Assembly (NCBI RefSeq): GCF_963921235.1
Contig: NC_086101.1
Coordinates: 5,520,001-5,584,000, forward strand
Length of the DNA: 64,000 bases
Reading direction: 5' to 3'
Origin: Mobula hypostoma
Taxonomy: Eukaryota
In this document: positions 37,710-50,012 of the stretch, in pieces
Layout of the letters: each line of letters starts with the position of its first letter
How positions within the stretch are numbered: position 1 is the first letter of the stretch
Program-made: the position numbers and the translations under genes
Notes under the pieces: generated by a model
The model's database searches: none
What the model saw: only the letters and a program-made list of their open reading frames with translations
Told to the model about the DNA's origin: nothing

Positions 37710-38550
37710 AACACGAGAAGGTCTGCAGGTGCTGGAAATCCAGAGCAACACATTCTCTCTCACACACACGCAAACAGCGGGTCAGGCAGCATCTATGGAA
37801 ATGAATAAACAGTCGAGGATTTGGGCCGAGACCCTTCATCGGGACTAGAAAGGGGAGGGGGATGCTGGAATAAAAAAAAAGTGGAGTTTAGAAGGCTGAG
37901 AGGGGATCTTATTGAAACATAGAAGATTATTAAGGGATTGGACACGCTGGAGGCAGGAAGCATGTTCCCGCTGATGGGTGAGTCCAGAACCAGAGGCCAC
38001 AGTTTAAGAATAAGGGGTAGGCCATTTAGAACGAGATGAGGAAAAACTTTTTCACCCAGAGAGTGGTGGATATATGGAATGCTCTGCCCCAGAAGGCTGT
38101 GGAGGCCAAGTCTCTGGATGCTTTCAAGAAAGAGATGGATAGAGCTCTTAAAGATAGTGGAATCAAAGGTTATGGGGATAAGGCAGGAACTGGATACTGA
38201 TTGTGGATGATCAGCCATGATCACAGTGAATGGCGGTGCTGGTTTGAAGGGCCGAATGGCCTACTCCTGCACCTATTGTCTATTGTCTATAAAGAGGACT
38301 AGCTGGAAGGTGATAGGTGAAGCCAGGTGGGTGGGAAAGGTAAAAGGCCGGAGAAGAAGGAATCTGATAGGAGAAAGAGAAGTGGTGGTGGGGGGGGGGA
38401 TCACGGCAGAAGGAGGGGGTGATAGGCAGGTGAGGAGAAAAGGTGAGAGACCAGAGAGGGGAAATGAAGAGGGAAGGGGAGGGAAAAAATTACCAGAAGT
38501 AGAAATTGATGTCCATGTCATCAGGTTGGAGGCTACCCAGATGGAATGTG
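37710..38550 (-). mobile_element. Penelope-like 3' end split by a CR1 insertion
   Basis: Decayed hammerhead at 37809-37846; LGSLQPDDMDINF remnant near 38495-38545. Confidence 0.65.
37882..38290 (+). mobile_element. CR1 3' end inserted in the Penelope remnant
   Basis: EFRRLRGDLIET...FFTQRVVDIWNALP; CTATTGT-repeat tail. Confidence 0.85.
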
Positions 38551-38989
38551 AGGAGTTGCTAGTTAGGAGAGGGTTAATTGGTCACATAGATGAAATTGGG
38601 CAGTGCTGGCTCGTTGTTCCAGAAGAGTCTGTTACCTTGTTGTATCTCTAAATAAGGTTGAAGGGAATGAAAGTGTGGTAAAGCCCTCTCCACCATTGAG
38701 CTCATCTACAAGGAGCACTGTCACCAGAAGGCGGCACCCAAAATCAAGGACCCCCACCATCCAGGACATGCTCTCTTCTCGCTACTACCATTGGGCAGGA
38801 GGTACAGGAGCCTCAGGTCCCAGACCACCAGGATCAGGACCAGTTATTACCCACAACCGTCAGGCTCCTGATGGTGAAGAGCGGATAACTTCACTCTCCT
38901 CAACACTGAACTGAGTCCGCAACCTTAAACTCATTCCAATGTATAGTTCCATGGTGGGTGTCACTTGGGCCAAATTTCTTCCCCCCGTC

Positions 38990-39144
38990 CCATTCTGATG
39001 TTTGATCTGAACAACAACTGAACCTCTTGACCACGCCTGCATGCTTTCATGCATTGAGTTGCTGCCACATGGTTGGCTGATTAGATATCTGCATTAACGA
39101 GCAGGTGCACAGGTCAGTGTACCTGCTAAAGTGGCCTCCGAGTG
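38990..39144 (+). mobile_element. Tc1-like DNA transposon right end
   Basis: Terminal GTACCTGCTAAAGTGGCCTCCGAGTG followed by TA resembles the Tc1 TIR type CACTCAGTGGCCACTTTATTAGGTAC. Confidence 0.6.
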
Positions 39145-39244
39145 TATTTGTAGTTTGATAATAAATTTGCTTTGACTTTGACACTGACTGCTACCTGAGT
39201 GATATTGGGAGAGGAACTTGCTGCTTAGTGGAGCCTTTTTGAGG

Positions 39245-39790
39245 TCCGCTGTTGGTCAGGATTGACCATAGATATTGTATCCCAGCTTTCGATGTGATAT
39301 GTAATCCAGGGCAGTATGGTATATCCGTGTAACAGGCTTCCCCTCTCCACACAGGTGATGAATCCAAAGGAATGGCAGTGAGTGTTACAGTTTGGCATCA
39401 GCGCTGTCACAGGAGTCAGCCTTGAACCCAGTGTAGGACTGCCTGAGGGACTCCAGCTCCCGATTTTTCTCCAGAGTTTACTCCGAAGCCTTCCCCACGA
39501 GTGGGTACAGCCACAAATCAGTGGAGGTTTGAGATCGGAGTTTTCCTTCCCCTAGATTTGCTGCCAACCATGGCTGATGAGCCCCACCTGCCCAAAGCGA
39601 CTGGTTTTAAGGCAAGGGTAACCTGCCTTTGCCGCTTCTCCTGTCAGTAGAAATGGTTCCACTGGGCTTTGTAGCTAAACCAGTTGCAAAGGTCAGGAGC
39701 TGGACTTGGCTGACGGAGATTATTTGACACTCATGTCACTGGGAGCATTTAATACGTAGTAGGAGTTTACTCCACTACCCTCCCCCCACC
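39245..39790 (-). mobile_element. RTE-derived bipartite non-autonomous element
   Basis: Longer copy of 390-655: an RTE-like 5' UTR joined to a short 3' tail. Confidence 0.55.
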
Positions 39791-41136
39791 TTAAAGAACC
39801 AAGTGGAGCCATTTAGGGCAAATGGAGGACGTGAGAGGAGGTTGCCGGGCAACAGGCATGATGGAAGGGCCGAGTAGCCTGTTTCCACACTGCAAAACCC
39901 GATCTGACTCTCTGCAAAGTTCCAATGTTTCAGGCCAGCCAGGCTCCAGGCTGCGAGGAAACAGTGCTTTCCTTTGCAGGAAACTTCCTTTTCATGTTCC
40001 ACAGGGGGCGGGGGGTGGTTTACCAGCTGCAGACTCAGTAACCACTGTTTGAGCAGAAAGTTGATAAGTAACTAGTTGAAAACAGGCTTAGAGTGAAAAA
40101 GTATAACTAACCCCCCACGTTGTGGTGGGGTGGTTGGGTTACAGAAACTCCCCCTTACAGAATTCACAGGCCTTCCCATGCTTTTGAGATAGTGATAACA
40201 TTTACTCTGACTGAATTTAAATAAAACATAAATAAATCAACACAAAAATGATCTTTCTCATAGAGTCATAGAGCACAATAGGACAGAACAAGCACTTTGG
40301 TCCATCTGGTCTGTGCTGAAATGGTACTTTTCCTAGTCCCATTGACTCACACCCGGACCGTAGCCCTCCAGCCCCTCCCATCCACATACCTAATCAAACT
40401 TCTCTTAAACGTTGAAATCAAACCTGCATCCACCACTCCCATTGGCAGCTCGTTCCACACTCTCGCCATGCTCTAAGTTCCCCCTCAGGTTCCCCGCACA
40501 GATGTGGTAAACAGACTAAAGTAACTGCTCACAATGACTTTTCATTAAGTGCAGAGCTGCCTTGAGCTCTTACTTTAATCTGTTTACCAAATACTATGAT
40601 CTCATCTTCACATCCAGGACTGAGATCATGCAGTTTGGATGCAGGGAGAACAGTGGGAATTATCTGGTGTGAGATGAGAGATCAGGAGCTGGGGAGGAGC
40701 CAGGCCAATAGAAAATCCACTTGGATGATACCCCATGAGCTCGTTCAAGTTCAAGTTTAATTGTCATTCAACCACACATGAATACCTGCACCGCGAGGTT
40801 CACTCGTCTCTGCGCTGAACTGAGGCTGTGGGCTGCAACTTACGGGATCCTGGATCAGCTGCAGTGATGACTGGCTTCGCGGCCGTGGACTCACTTCTGT
40901 GAACTTCCGTTCTGAATGTTATTTGCTTACTTTTATTGTATGGATGATTTGTTTTATTTTCTGTGCATTGGGTGTTTGACGGTCTTCTTTTGAAATGGGT
41001 TCTATTGGATTTCTTTGTTTTGTGGCTGCCTGTAAGGTGAGAAATCTCAAGTCGTATATGGTATACATACCTTGATAATAACGGTACTTTGAAATTTGAA
41101 TACCCATGAATAAAGCCAAACAAAACAATGTTCTTA

Positions 41137-43310
41137 TAGAACATAGAACATAGAATAGTACAGCACAGTACAGGCCCTTCAGCCCACAATGTTGTGCCGA
41201 CCCTCAAACCCTGCCTCCCATATAAGCGTCCACCTTAGATTCCTCCATATACCTGTCTAGTAGTCTCTTAAACTTCAATAGTGTATCTGCCTCCACCACT
41301 GACTCAGGCAGTGCATTCCACGCACCAACCGCTCTCTGAGTGAAAAACCTTCCTCTAATATCCCCCTTGAACTTGCCACCTCTTATCTTAAAGCCATGTC
41401 CTCTTGTATTGAGCAGTGGTGCCCTGGGGAAGAGGCGCTGGCTATCCACTCTATCTATTCCTCTTATTATCTTGTACACCTCTATCATGTCTCCTCTCAT
41501 CCTCCTTCTCTCCAAAGAGTAAAGCCCTAGCTCCCTTAATTTCTGATCATAATGCATACTCTCTAAACCAGGCAGCATCCTGGTAAATCTCCTCTGTACC
41601 CTTTCCAATGCTTCCACATCCTTCCTATAGTGAGGTGACCAGATCTGGACACAGTACTCCAAGTGTGGCCTAACCAGAGTTTTATAGAGCTGCATCATTA
41701 CATCGCGACTCTTAAAATCTATCCCTCGACTTATGAAAGCTAACACCCCATAAGCTTTCTTAACTACCCTATCCATCTGTGAGGCAACTTTCAGGGATGT
41801 GTGGACATGTACCCCGAGATCCCTCTGCTCCTCCACACTACCAAGTATCCTGCCATTTACTTTGTACTCTGCCTTGGAGTTTGTCCTTCCAAAGTGTACC
41901 ACCTCACACTTCTCCGGGTTGAACTCCATCTGCCACTTCTCAGCCCACTTCTGCATTCTATCGATGTCTCTCTGCAATCTTTGACAATCCTCTACACTAT
42001 CTACAACACCACCAACCTTTGAGTCATCTGCAAACTTGCCAACCCACCCTTCTACCCCGACATCCAGGTCGTCAATAAAAATCACGAAAAGTAGAGGTCC
42101 CAGAACAGATCCTTGTGGGACACCACTAGTCACAATCCTCCAATCTGAATGTACTCCCTCCACCACCACCCTCTGCCTTCTGCAGGCAAGCCAATTCTGA
42201 ATCCACCTGGCCAAACTTCCCTGGATCCCATGCCTTCTAACTTTCTGAATAAGCCTACTGTGTGGAACCTTGTCAAATGCCTTACTAAAATCCATATAGA
42301 TCACATCCACTGCACTACCCTCATCTATATGCTTGGTCACCTCCTGAAAGAACTCTATCAGGCTTGTTAGACACGATCTGCCCTTTACAAAGCCATGCTG
42401 ACTGTCCCTGATCAGGCCATGATTCTCTAAATGCCTATAGATCCTATCTCTAAGAATCTTTTCCGACAGCTTTCCCACCACAGACGTAAGGCTCACTGGT
42501 CTATAAATACCTGGACTATCCCTACTACCTTTTTTGAACAAGGGAACAACATTCGCCTCCCTCCAATCCTCCGGTACCATTCCTGTGGACAACGAGGACA
42601 TAAAGATCCTACCCAGAGGCTCAGCAATCTCTTCTCTCGCCTCATGGAACAGCCTGGGGAATATTCCATCAGACCCCGGGGACTTACCTGTCCTAATGTA
42701 TTTTAACAACTCCAACACCCCCTCTCCCTTAATATCAACATGCTCCAGAACATCAACCTCACTCATATTTTCCTCACCATCTTCAAGTTCCCTCTCATTG
42801 GTGAATACCGAAGAGAAGTATTCATTGAGAACCTCGCTCACTTCCACAGCCTCCAGGCACATCTTCCCACCTTTATCTCTAATCGGTCCTTCCTTCACTC
42901 CTGTCATCCTTTTTTTCTTCACATAATTGAAGAATGCCTTGGGGTTTTCCTTTACCCTACTCGTCAAGGCCTTCTCATGCCCCCTTCTTGCTCTTCTCAG
43001 CCCCTTCTTAAGCTCCTTTCTTGCTTCCCTATATTCCTCAATAGACCCATCTGATCCTTGCTTCCTAAACCTCATGTATGCTGCCTTCTTCCACCTGACT
43101 AGATTTTCCACCTCACTTGTCACCCATGGTTCCTTCACCCTACCATTCTTTATCTTCCTCACCGGGACAAATTTATCCCTTACGTCCCGCAAGAGATCTC
43201 TAAACATCGACCACATGTCCATAGTACATTTCCCTGCAAAAACATCATCTCAATTCACACCCGCAAGTTCTAGCCTTATAGCCTCATAATTTGCCTTTCC
43301 TCAATTAAAT
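41137..43310 (-). mobile_element. Young 5'-truncated CR1 with an uninterrupted 672-aa ORF2 portion (RT and C-terminus, no endonuclease)
   Basis: ORF 41204-43222: YRPVSLTS, QHGF, DFSKAFDKVPH, GVPQGSVLGP, FADDSK; (TTCTATG)n tail. Confidence 0.96.
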
Positions 43311-43524
43311 TTATGGGGCCAAAGTACAAAACGTAGCATCAACAGTCATACACAACAGAAAGCACATACAGTCACACAAAAAATATAGTCCAAGTCCCTA
43401 AGTCCATGAATGTTGCAGTGTCTGCAGTCAAACACAGTAGAGCTTGTTTTCTGTCGAGCATCAGTGCCACAACAACTTCAATGCCTCTCTCCTGGATGAC
43501 TACAAACAGACAACACCACAGGTT

Positions 43525-43668
43525 TGAGACCTAGTCCTTCGAGGCCATGCAGCATGAGACCTAGTCCTTGCTATGATCGAGGCCATGCAGCTTGAGACCT
43601 AGTCCTTGCTATGATCGAGGCCATGCAGCTTGAGACCTAGTCCTTGCTATGATCGAGGCCATGCAGCC
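43525..43668. repeat. Tandem repeat, 38-bp unit TGAGACCTAGTCCTTGCTATGATCGAGGCCATGCAGCT
   Basis: Units start at 43525 (short), 43555, 43593 and 43631. Confidence 0.9.
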
Positions 43669-44174
43669 TCCCCGCAGTCTTTCTCACAAATAAACCAGAG
43701 AACCCATCTTGAAGCATTCCATGAGACCATAAGACCACAAGACATAGGAGCAGAATTAGGCCATTCAGCCCATCGAGTCTGCTCCACCATTCCATCATGG
43801 CTGATTTAATATCCTTCTCCACTTCATTTTCCCACCTTCTCCCATCATCTTTGACACCCTGATTAATCAGGAACCCATCAGCCTCTGTCATAAATATACC
43901 CAATGACTTGTCTGCAAGCAATGGTTTCCATGATTCACCACCCTCTTCCACAGGTATGTAACAGTGGAACGCAGCCTCAGTCACAGGGGTTCTGGGACAA
44001 CAAGAGGCCAAGCATAGGCTGGTCAGAACCCCTTTTTGGAGTGGGTGGAGACAACTTCACCAACATCATAGGGCTCAGGTTGCAGATTTTCCATTTACTT
44101 CCCTACAGGTCCACAAGGAGAAGTCCACAGGGCTGGAATCTCAGACTGCAGAGTTTACTGGGGGTGGGGCATGG

Positions 44175-44682
44175 TATCGTGTTCAATTCTGGTTACCTTA
44201 TTATAGGAAGGATGTGAAACTCTAGCGAGGGTGCAGAGGGGATTTACCTGAGGGCTGCCTGGATTAGAGAGGATTGGTATAGCGAGCTAAGGGTTTTCTC
44301 TTTGGAGTGAAGGAGGATGAGAGGTGACTTGATTGGGTGTACAAGAGGAATAGATTGAGTGGATAGCCAGTGCATTTTACTCAGGGTGGAAATGGCTAAC
44401 ACGAGGGGACATAATTTTCAGGTGACCGGAGGAAAGTATAGAGAGTACATCAGAGGTAGGTGTTTTATACAGAGAGTGGTGGTTAAGTAGAACGCCCTGC
44501 CAGGGGTAGTGGTACAGGCAGGTACATTAGGGACATTTAAGAGACTCATAGATTGGCACATGGGTGATAGGAAAATGGAGGGTCATGTGGGAGAGAAGCT
44601 TTAGCTTGATCTTGGAGTAGGTTAAAGGATTAGCCAACGAAAGTCCTGTACTGTGCAGTAATGCTCTGTGTTTTATGTTCTG
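44175..44682 (+). mobile_element. Degenerate CR1 3' end
   Basis: VQFWLPYYRKDV and RMRGDL remnants plus a CR1 tail. Confidence 0.75.
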
Positions 44683-45959
44683 TACCCTGCTGATCCCAGA
44701 TGCACAGTTGGCCGACTTAACAAACTGTAAGGAAGTCTCTCCTTTGAGCTAGTACAGACGAGGCAGTGATTTCCGAGTAGATATCTCTCCCTGGCTCAGA
44801 GAAAGTCAGGTTCTAGGTCAAGGTCCCCAGAGAGCCAGTCAGCTGTGCAGCTCCAAACAGTGTTCTGTGTTCTCATGTTTTTCCACAACTGACAATCTGT
44901 TACTGTGATTATGAGTCCCCAAGGTGAGACCAGGGGGAACCAGCAGCGCTGCGATGGCGGGTTATGGAGTTCACACAGCATTCCTGCTGGCCTAACTATC
45001 TATGACCCAGAGAGCTGAAACAGTACGAGTGGCTCTACTACTTGATCATGTCCTGTCAGTCACCTTACGTACAGATACCCCTGTGCCTAGCCTAGCATCA
45101 CTTTATGGACATACAATCAATCCATGTATGTAAGCCATCTTATGTATTTATATTTATTGTGTTTTTATAATTGTTTTCTTTATCTTATTGTGAGTTTTTT
45201 TTTGTGCTGCATCAGATCCTGAGTAACAATGATCTTGTTCTCCTTTTCACGTGTGTACTGGAAATGACATTAAACGATCTCGAATCTTGAGCAGAGCGAC
45301 TCACCCACATTCGGCGTGCTCGACCCTCAGCACCACGGCCTGGTATGGAAACAACAATGTCCCAGTCCACCGCCCCCCGACCACTGAGCACACTTTCGCG
45401 GGCCACTGCCAGAAGAAAGCACCACCCAGACCAACGCCCCCTTCTCACTGCGTCATCGAGCAGGTGGTACAGGAGGCTCAGGAACAGTTATTATTCTACA
45501 CCCATCAGGCTCCCGAACCGCATGGGTAACTTCACTCACCGCAGCTCCGAACAACCTTCACTCATTTTCAATGACTCTACAATTCATCTTCTTGGGATTA
45601 TATTTTAGTTATTTGCACATTTTATCTTCTGTTGCACATTGGTTGGTTGTCAGTCTTTGCTGGTGTATATATTTTCATTCATTCTATTCTACTTTAAAAA
45701 AATCCTGTAAATGCCTGCAAAAAAATGAATGGTAGCACATACACACTTTGATAATATGCTACCCTAAACTGTCCCTAAACTCAAGGGAAAACCTATTCAA
45801 CCTTCTCCTATAACCTAGTTTCTCAAGTCCCAAAGGTAATAAAGATAAGAAGTTAATTTAATGAATGAGTGTTTTTTTTGTAAACTGCTTAACAGAGAAC
45901 AGAATAATGGCACGGGTTAGGTATCGTAATTCTCTGGTACCACACACCTGGATTAACAG

Positions 45960-46930
45960 AGATACACACATTGTACTGGAGGAACTCCACAAGTCAGGCA
46001 GTACCTACGGAGAGGAATAAGCTTTATATGCTTTGGGCCAAGAACCTTCAGCTACAAATCATCTACTGTTTCTAGTGCATTCTCCTCTCCATCAGTGAGA
46101 TTGTTGTCGAGCACCTTAGCTCTGTCCACCGTAAAAGGGAAGATTTCTCAGTGGCCACCCACTTCAGTTGAACTTCCCATGTGGCTAAGTGGTTAAGGTG
46201 CTCATCTAGTGATCTGAAGGTCGTTAGTTCGAGCCTCAGCTGTGGCAGCGTGTTTGTGTCCATGAGCAAGGCACCTAACCACACATTGCTCTAGTGTCTG
46301 TGCGAGGAGTTGTGCCCCACACAGACTTCCAATCTGCACCTTGTATGGCACGAAAATGCCCGACGCAGGCCTCTCATGGTCTGAGTCGACGTTCCCTCCC
46401 CCTCCCATTCCCATTGTGACATGTCGGGCCACAGCCTCCTCTACTGCTACGATGTGTACACACTCAGGTTGGAGGAGCAATACCTTATATTCAGTCTGGA
46501 TAGCCTCCAACCTGATGGCATAAACGTTGATTTTTCCATAATTTCTCCCCCTGCCCCCTTTCTCCATTCCCCATTCTGGTTCTCCTCTCACCCCTTCTCT
46601 TCTCACCTGCCCATCTTCCCTTTCTCCCATTGGTCCACTCCTGTCTCCTTTCAGATGCCTTCTTCTTCAGCCCTTTACCTCTTCCACCAATCATCTCCCA
46701 GTTCCTTACTTCATCCCCCCACCCACCTGACTTCACCTATCACCTTCTAGCCTGTACACCTTCCCCTCCCTCCCCACCCTTCTATCCTGGCTTTGTCCCC
46801 CTTTCTTTCCACTCCCGATGAAGTGATTCGGCCCAAAATGTTGACTGTTTGCTTGTTTCCGCAGATGCTGCCTGACCTCCAGCATTGTGAGTGTGTTGTT
46901 TTGGATTTACAGCATCTGCAGAATCTCGTG
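45960..46930 (+). mobile_element. Penelope-like element 3' part (GIY-YIG remnant and terminal repeat) split by a SINE
   Basis: VEHL...VATHF|...RLEEQYLIFSLDSLQPDGINVDFS; decayed hammerhead at 46811-46850. Confidence 0.75.
46181..46402 (+). mobile_element. tRNA-derived CORE-like SINE with TCCCAT target-site duplication
   Basis: A-box TGGCTAAGTGG at 46182, B-box GTTCGAGCC at 46227, GTGTCCATGAGCAAGGCACCTAA. Confidence 0.8.
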
Positions 46931-47473
46931 ATTTAAGTTCCCCTGCTGCTGTGCTGAGTTAACGATTCATATTCTGCATTCCCAGACCAGTACCATAGCT
47001 CACCACTGCTGCATTCTGCAAACCGCTCGACAGAGAACAGAATTGAAGCAAGTTACAGCTCAAGTCAGGTGACAAAATTCTCTGGTGCCAAGCACCTGGA
47101 TTATCAGGCAGCCAGGCCAGGGAACTCGGGACAAGTGCACACTGGGAAGGAGTGGGGTCCATTTCATTGCCCCCTGCCCAGAAGAAGGTGGCCGAAGACA
47201 ACATAACACCATGGGACACAGGAGCAGAATTAGGCCATTGAGACCGTTCAGTCTGCTCTACAATTTGACCGTGGCTGATTTCACCTATTCTGGTGCCTTC
47301 TCCCTATTACTGTTCCTTTGATGCCCTCACTAATCAAGAACCTGTCAACTTCTGCCTGAAATATACCCAATGACGCGGCCTCCGCAGCCATTTGTGACAA
47401 TGTATTTACCACCATTTGGCTAAAGAAATTCCTCCTTATCTCTGTTGTAAAGGGACATCCTTCTATTCTAAGC

Positions 47474-47840
47474 CTGTGCCCTGGTCCTAGACTCCCCCTC
47501 TATAGGAAACATCCTCTCCACATCCACTCTATCTGTGCCCTCTGCTCCTAGACTCTCCCCACTATAGGAAACATCCTCTCCACATCCACTCTATCTGTGT
47601 CCTCTGGTCCTAGACTCCCCCACTATAGGAAACATCCTCTCCACATCCACTCTATCTGTGCCCTCTGGTCTTAGACTCCCCCACTATAGGAAACATCCTC
47701 CCCACATCCACTCTATCTGTGTCCTCTGGTCCTAGACTCCCCACTATAGGAAATATCCTCTCCACATCCACTCTGTCTGTGCCCTCTGGTCTTAGACTCC
47801 CTCTATATAGCAAACATCCTGTCCATGTCCACTCTATCTT
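47474..47840. repeat. CR1-derived minisatellite, ~61-bp unit x6
   Basis: Unit CTGTGTCCTCTGGTCCTAGACTCCCCCACTATAGGAAACATCCTCTCCACATCCACTCTAT within a minus-strand CR1 3' fragment. Confidence 0.92.
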
Positions 47841-47869
47841 GGCCTTCAACAGAATACTCAATAGGTTTC

Positions 47870-49680
47870 AAATTTAAAGTGCAAGGTAAATTTATCAAAG
47901 TACATACATGACACCATATACAATCCCGAGATTCATTTTCTTGTGGGCATACTCAATAAATCCAATAACTGTAATAGAATCAATGAAAGACCACATTCAA
48001 CAGGGTGGACAACCAATGTGCAAAAGACAACAAACTGTGTAAATACCAAAAGAAAAGAATTAATAATAAATAAGCAATAAGTATTGAGAACATGAGATGA
48101 AGAGGTAGATGTCCACAGATCCCTGAAAGTTGCCTCACAGGTGGATGGGGTAGTTAAGAAAGCTTATGGGGTGTTAGCTTTCATAAGTCGAGGGATAGAG
48201 TTTAAGAGTCACGAGGTAATGATGCAGCTCTATAAAACTCTGGTTAGGCCACACTTGGAGTAGTGTGTCCAGTTCTGGTCACCTTACTATAGGAAGGATG
48301 TGGAAGCATTGGAAAGGGTACAGAGGAGATTTACCAGGATGCTGCCTGGTTTAGAGAGTATGCATTATGATCAGAGATTAAGGGAGCTAGGGCTTTACAC
48401 TTTGGAGAAAAGGAGGATGAAAGGAGACATGATAGAGGTGTACAAGATAATAAGAGGAATAGATAGAGTGAATAGCCAGCGCCTCTTCCCCAGGGCACCA
48501 CTGCTCAATACAAGAGGACATGGCTTTAAGATAAGAGGTGGCAAGTTCAAGGGGGATATTAGAGGAAGGTTTTTTACTCAGAGAGTGGTTGGTGCGTGGA
48601 ATGCACTGCCTGAGTCAGTGGTGGAGGCAGATACACTAGTGAAGTTTAAGAGACTACTAGACAGGTATATGGATGAATTTAAGGTGGGGGCTTATATGGA
48701 AGGCAGGGTTTGAGGGTCGGCACAATATTGTGGGCCGAAGGGCCTGTACTGTGCTGTACTATTCTATGTTCTATGTAAGAGTCTTTAAAAGTGAGTTCAT
48801 AGGTTGTGGGAACATTTCAGTGATGAGGCAGATGAACATAACTAAAGTTATTCCCTTTGGTTCAACGGCCTGATGGTTGAGAGGTAATAATTGTCTCTGA
48901 ATCTGGGGGCGTGGGTCCTGAGGCTTCTGTACCTTCTTCCTGGTGGCAGCAGTGAGAAGAGAGCATGGGCTGGGTGGTGGGATTCCCTGATGATGGATGC
49001 TGCTTTCCTGGGGCAATGCTCCACGTAGATGTGCTCAGTGGTAGGGGAGGGTTTTACCTGTAATGGACTGAGCTGTATCCACTACTTCTTCTTGGAGATT
49101 CCATTTTTGGGCATTGGTCTTTCCATACCAGCCAATCAATTATACTCCCAACTGCACACCTATAGAAGTTTGTCAAAGTTTTAGATGTAATGCTGATTAT
49201 TTGCAAACTCCCAAGGAGGTAGAGGCACTGCCGTGCTTTCTTCATAATTGCACTTGCGTGTTGGGCCCAAGACAGGCCCGCTGAGATGTTAACATTGGGG
49301 AGTTTAAAATTACTGGCCCTCTCACCTGATAAGGACTGGCTGACGGACCTCTGGAATCCTCCTCTTGAAGTCAATGATCCGCTCCTTCGTCTTGCTGATG
49401 CTGAGTGAAAGCTTCTTGCTGTTGTACCACCCAGACAGGTTTGCAGTCTCCCTCCTATCTGCAGTTTTGTCAGCTCCTTTGATTCAGCCTATAACAGTGG
49501 TGCCATCAGCAGACTTAAAGATGGCATTGGAGCTGTGCTTTGCTGCACAGTTATAAATGTAAAGTGAGTAGGAGCAGGGACTAAGCTCACAGCCTTGTGG
49601 TGCACCTGTACTGATGGATCTTGTGGAGGACTAGATGTGGCCAGTGCAAAACTGATGGGGGCATGCAAATGAGGAAATCA
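47870..49680 (-). mobile_element. Degenerate Rex1/Babar-like LINE hosting a CR1 insertion
   Basis: FKSADGTTVIG (FADD-equivalent) and SWAQHASAIMKKARQCLYLL remnants. Confidence 0.7.
48105..48776 (+). mobile_element. Young 5'-truncated CR1 with AAGAG target-site duplication
   Basis: Near-identical to 41137-41820 in reverse; the uninterrupted host motif is visible near 56496-56520. Confidence 0.9.
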
Positions 49681-50012
49681 AGGATTCAATTGCACAAGGA
49701 GGCATTGAGGCCAAGGTGTTAAATGAGATCCCCTCATTCTTATAAACTCCAGAGAGTAGAGGCCCAGAGTTATCAAATGCTTTCTTTCATTTCTGGGATC
49801 ATTCTCATGAACCTTCTCTGGACCTTTGAGGACATTTTTCTTAGACAAGGGGCTCGATACCGCTGGCAAAGGGTGGAGATGAGACACTCATCTCCTTGGC
49901 TCTATCTACCTGAAATATCCTAAGCCAAGTAGGTTAATTGGTGATTGTAAATTGCCCTCCTGTGATTAGGCTAGGATTAACTTGGTGGGTTTCTGATTGG
50001 TGCTGCGCGATA

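Noticed and set aside
39997..40016. CTCF-like or GC-box motif CCACAGGGGGCGGGGG
   Set aside because: Poor match to the 5' half of the CTCF core; a single short motif is not enough.
41204..43222. 672-aa RT ORF as a domesticated gene or autonomous element
   Set aside because: 5'-truncated with no endonuclease or ORF1, normal CR1 tail, and near-identical sibling copies; simply a young insertion.
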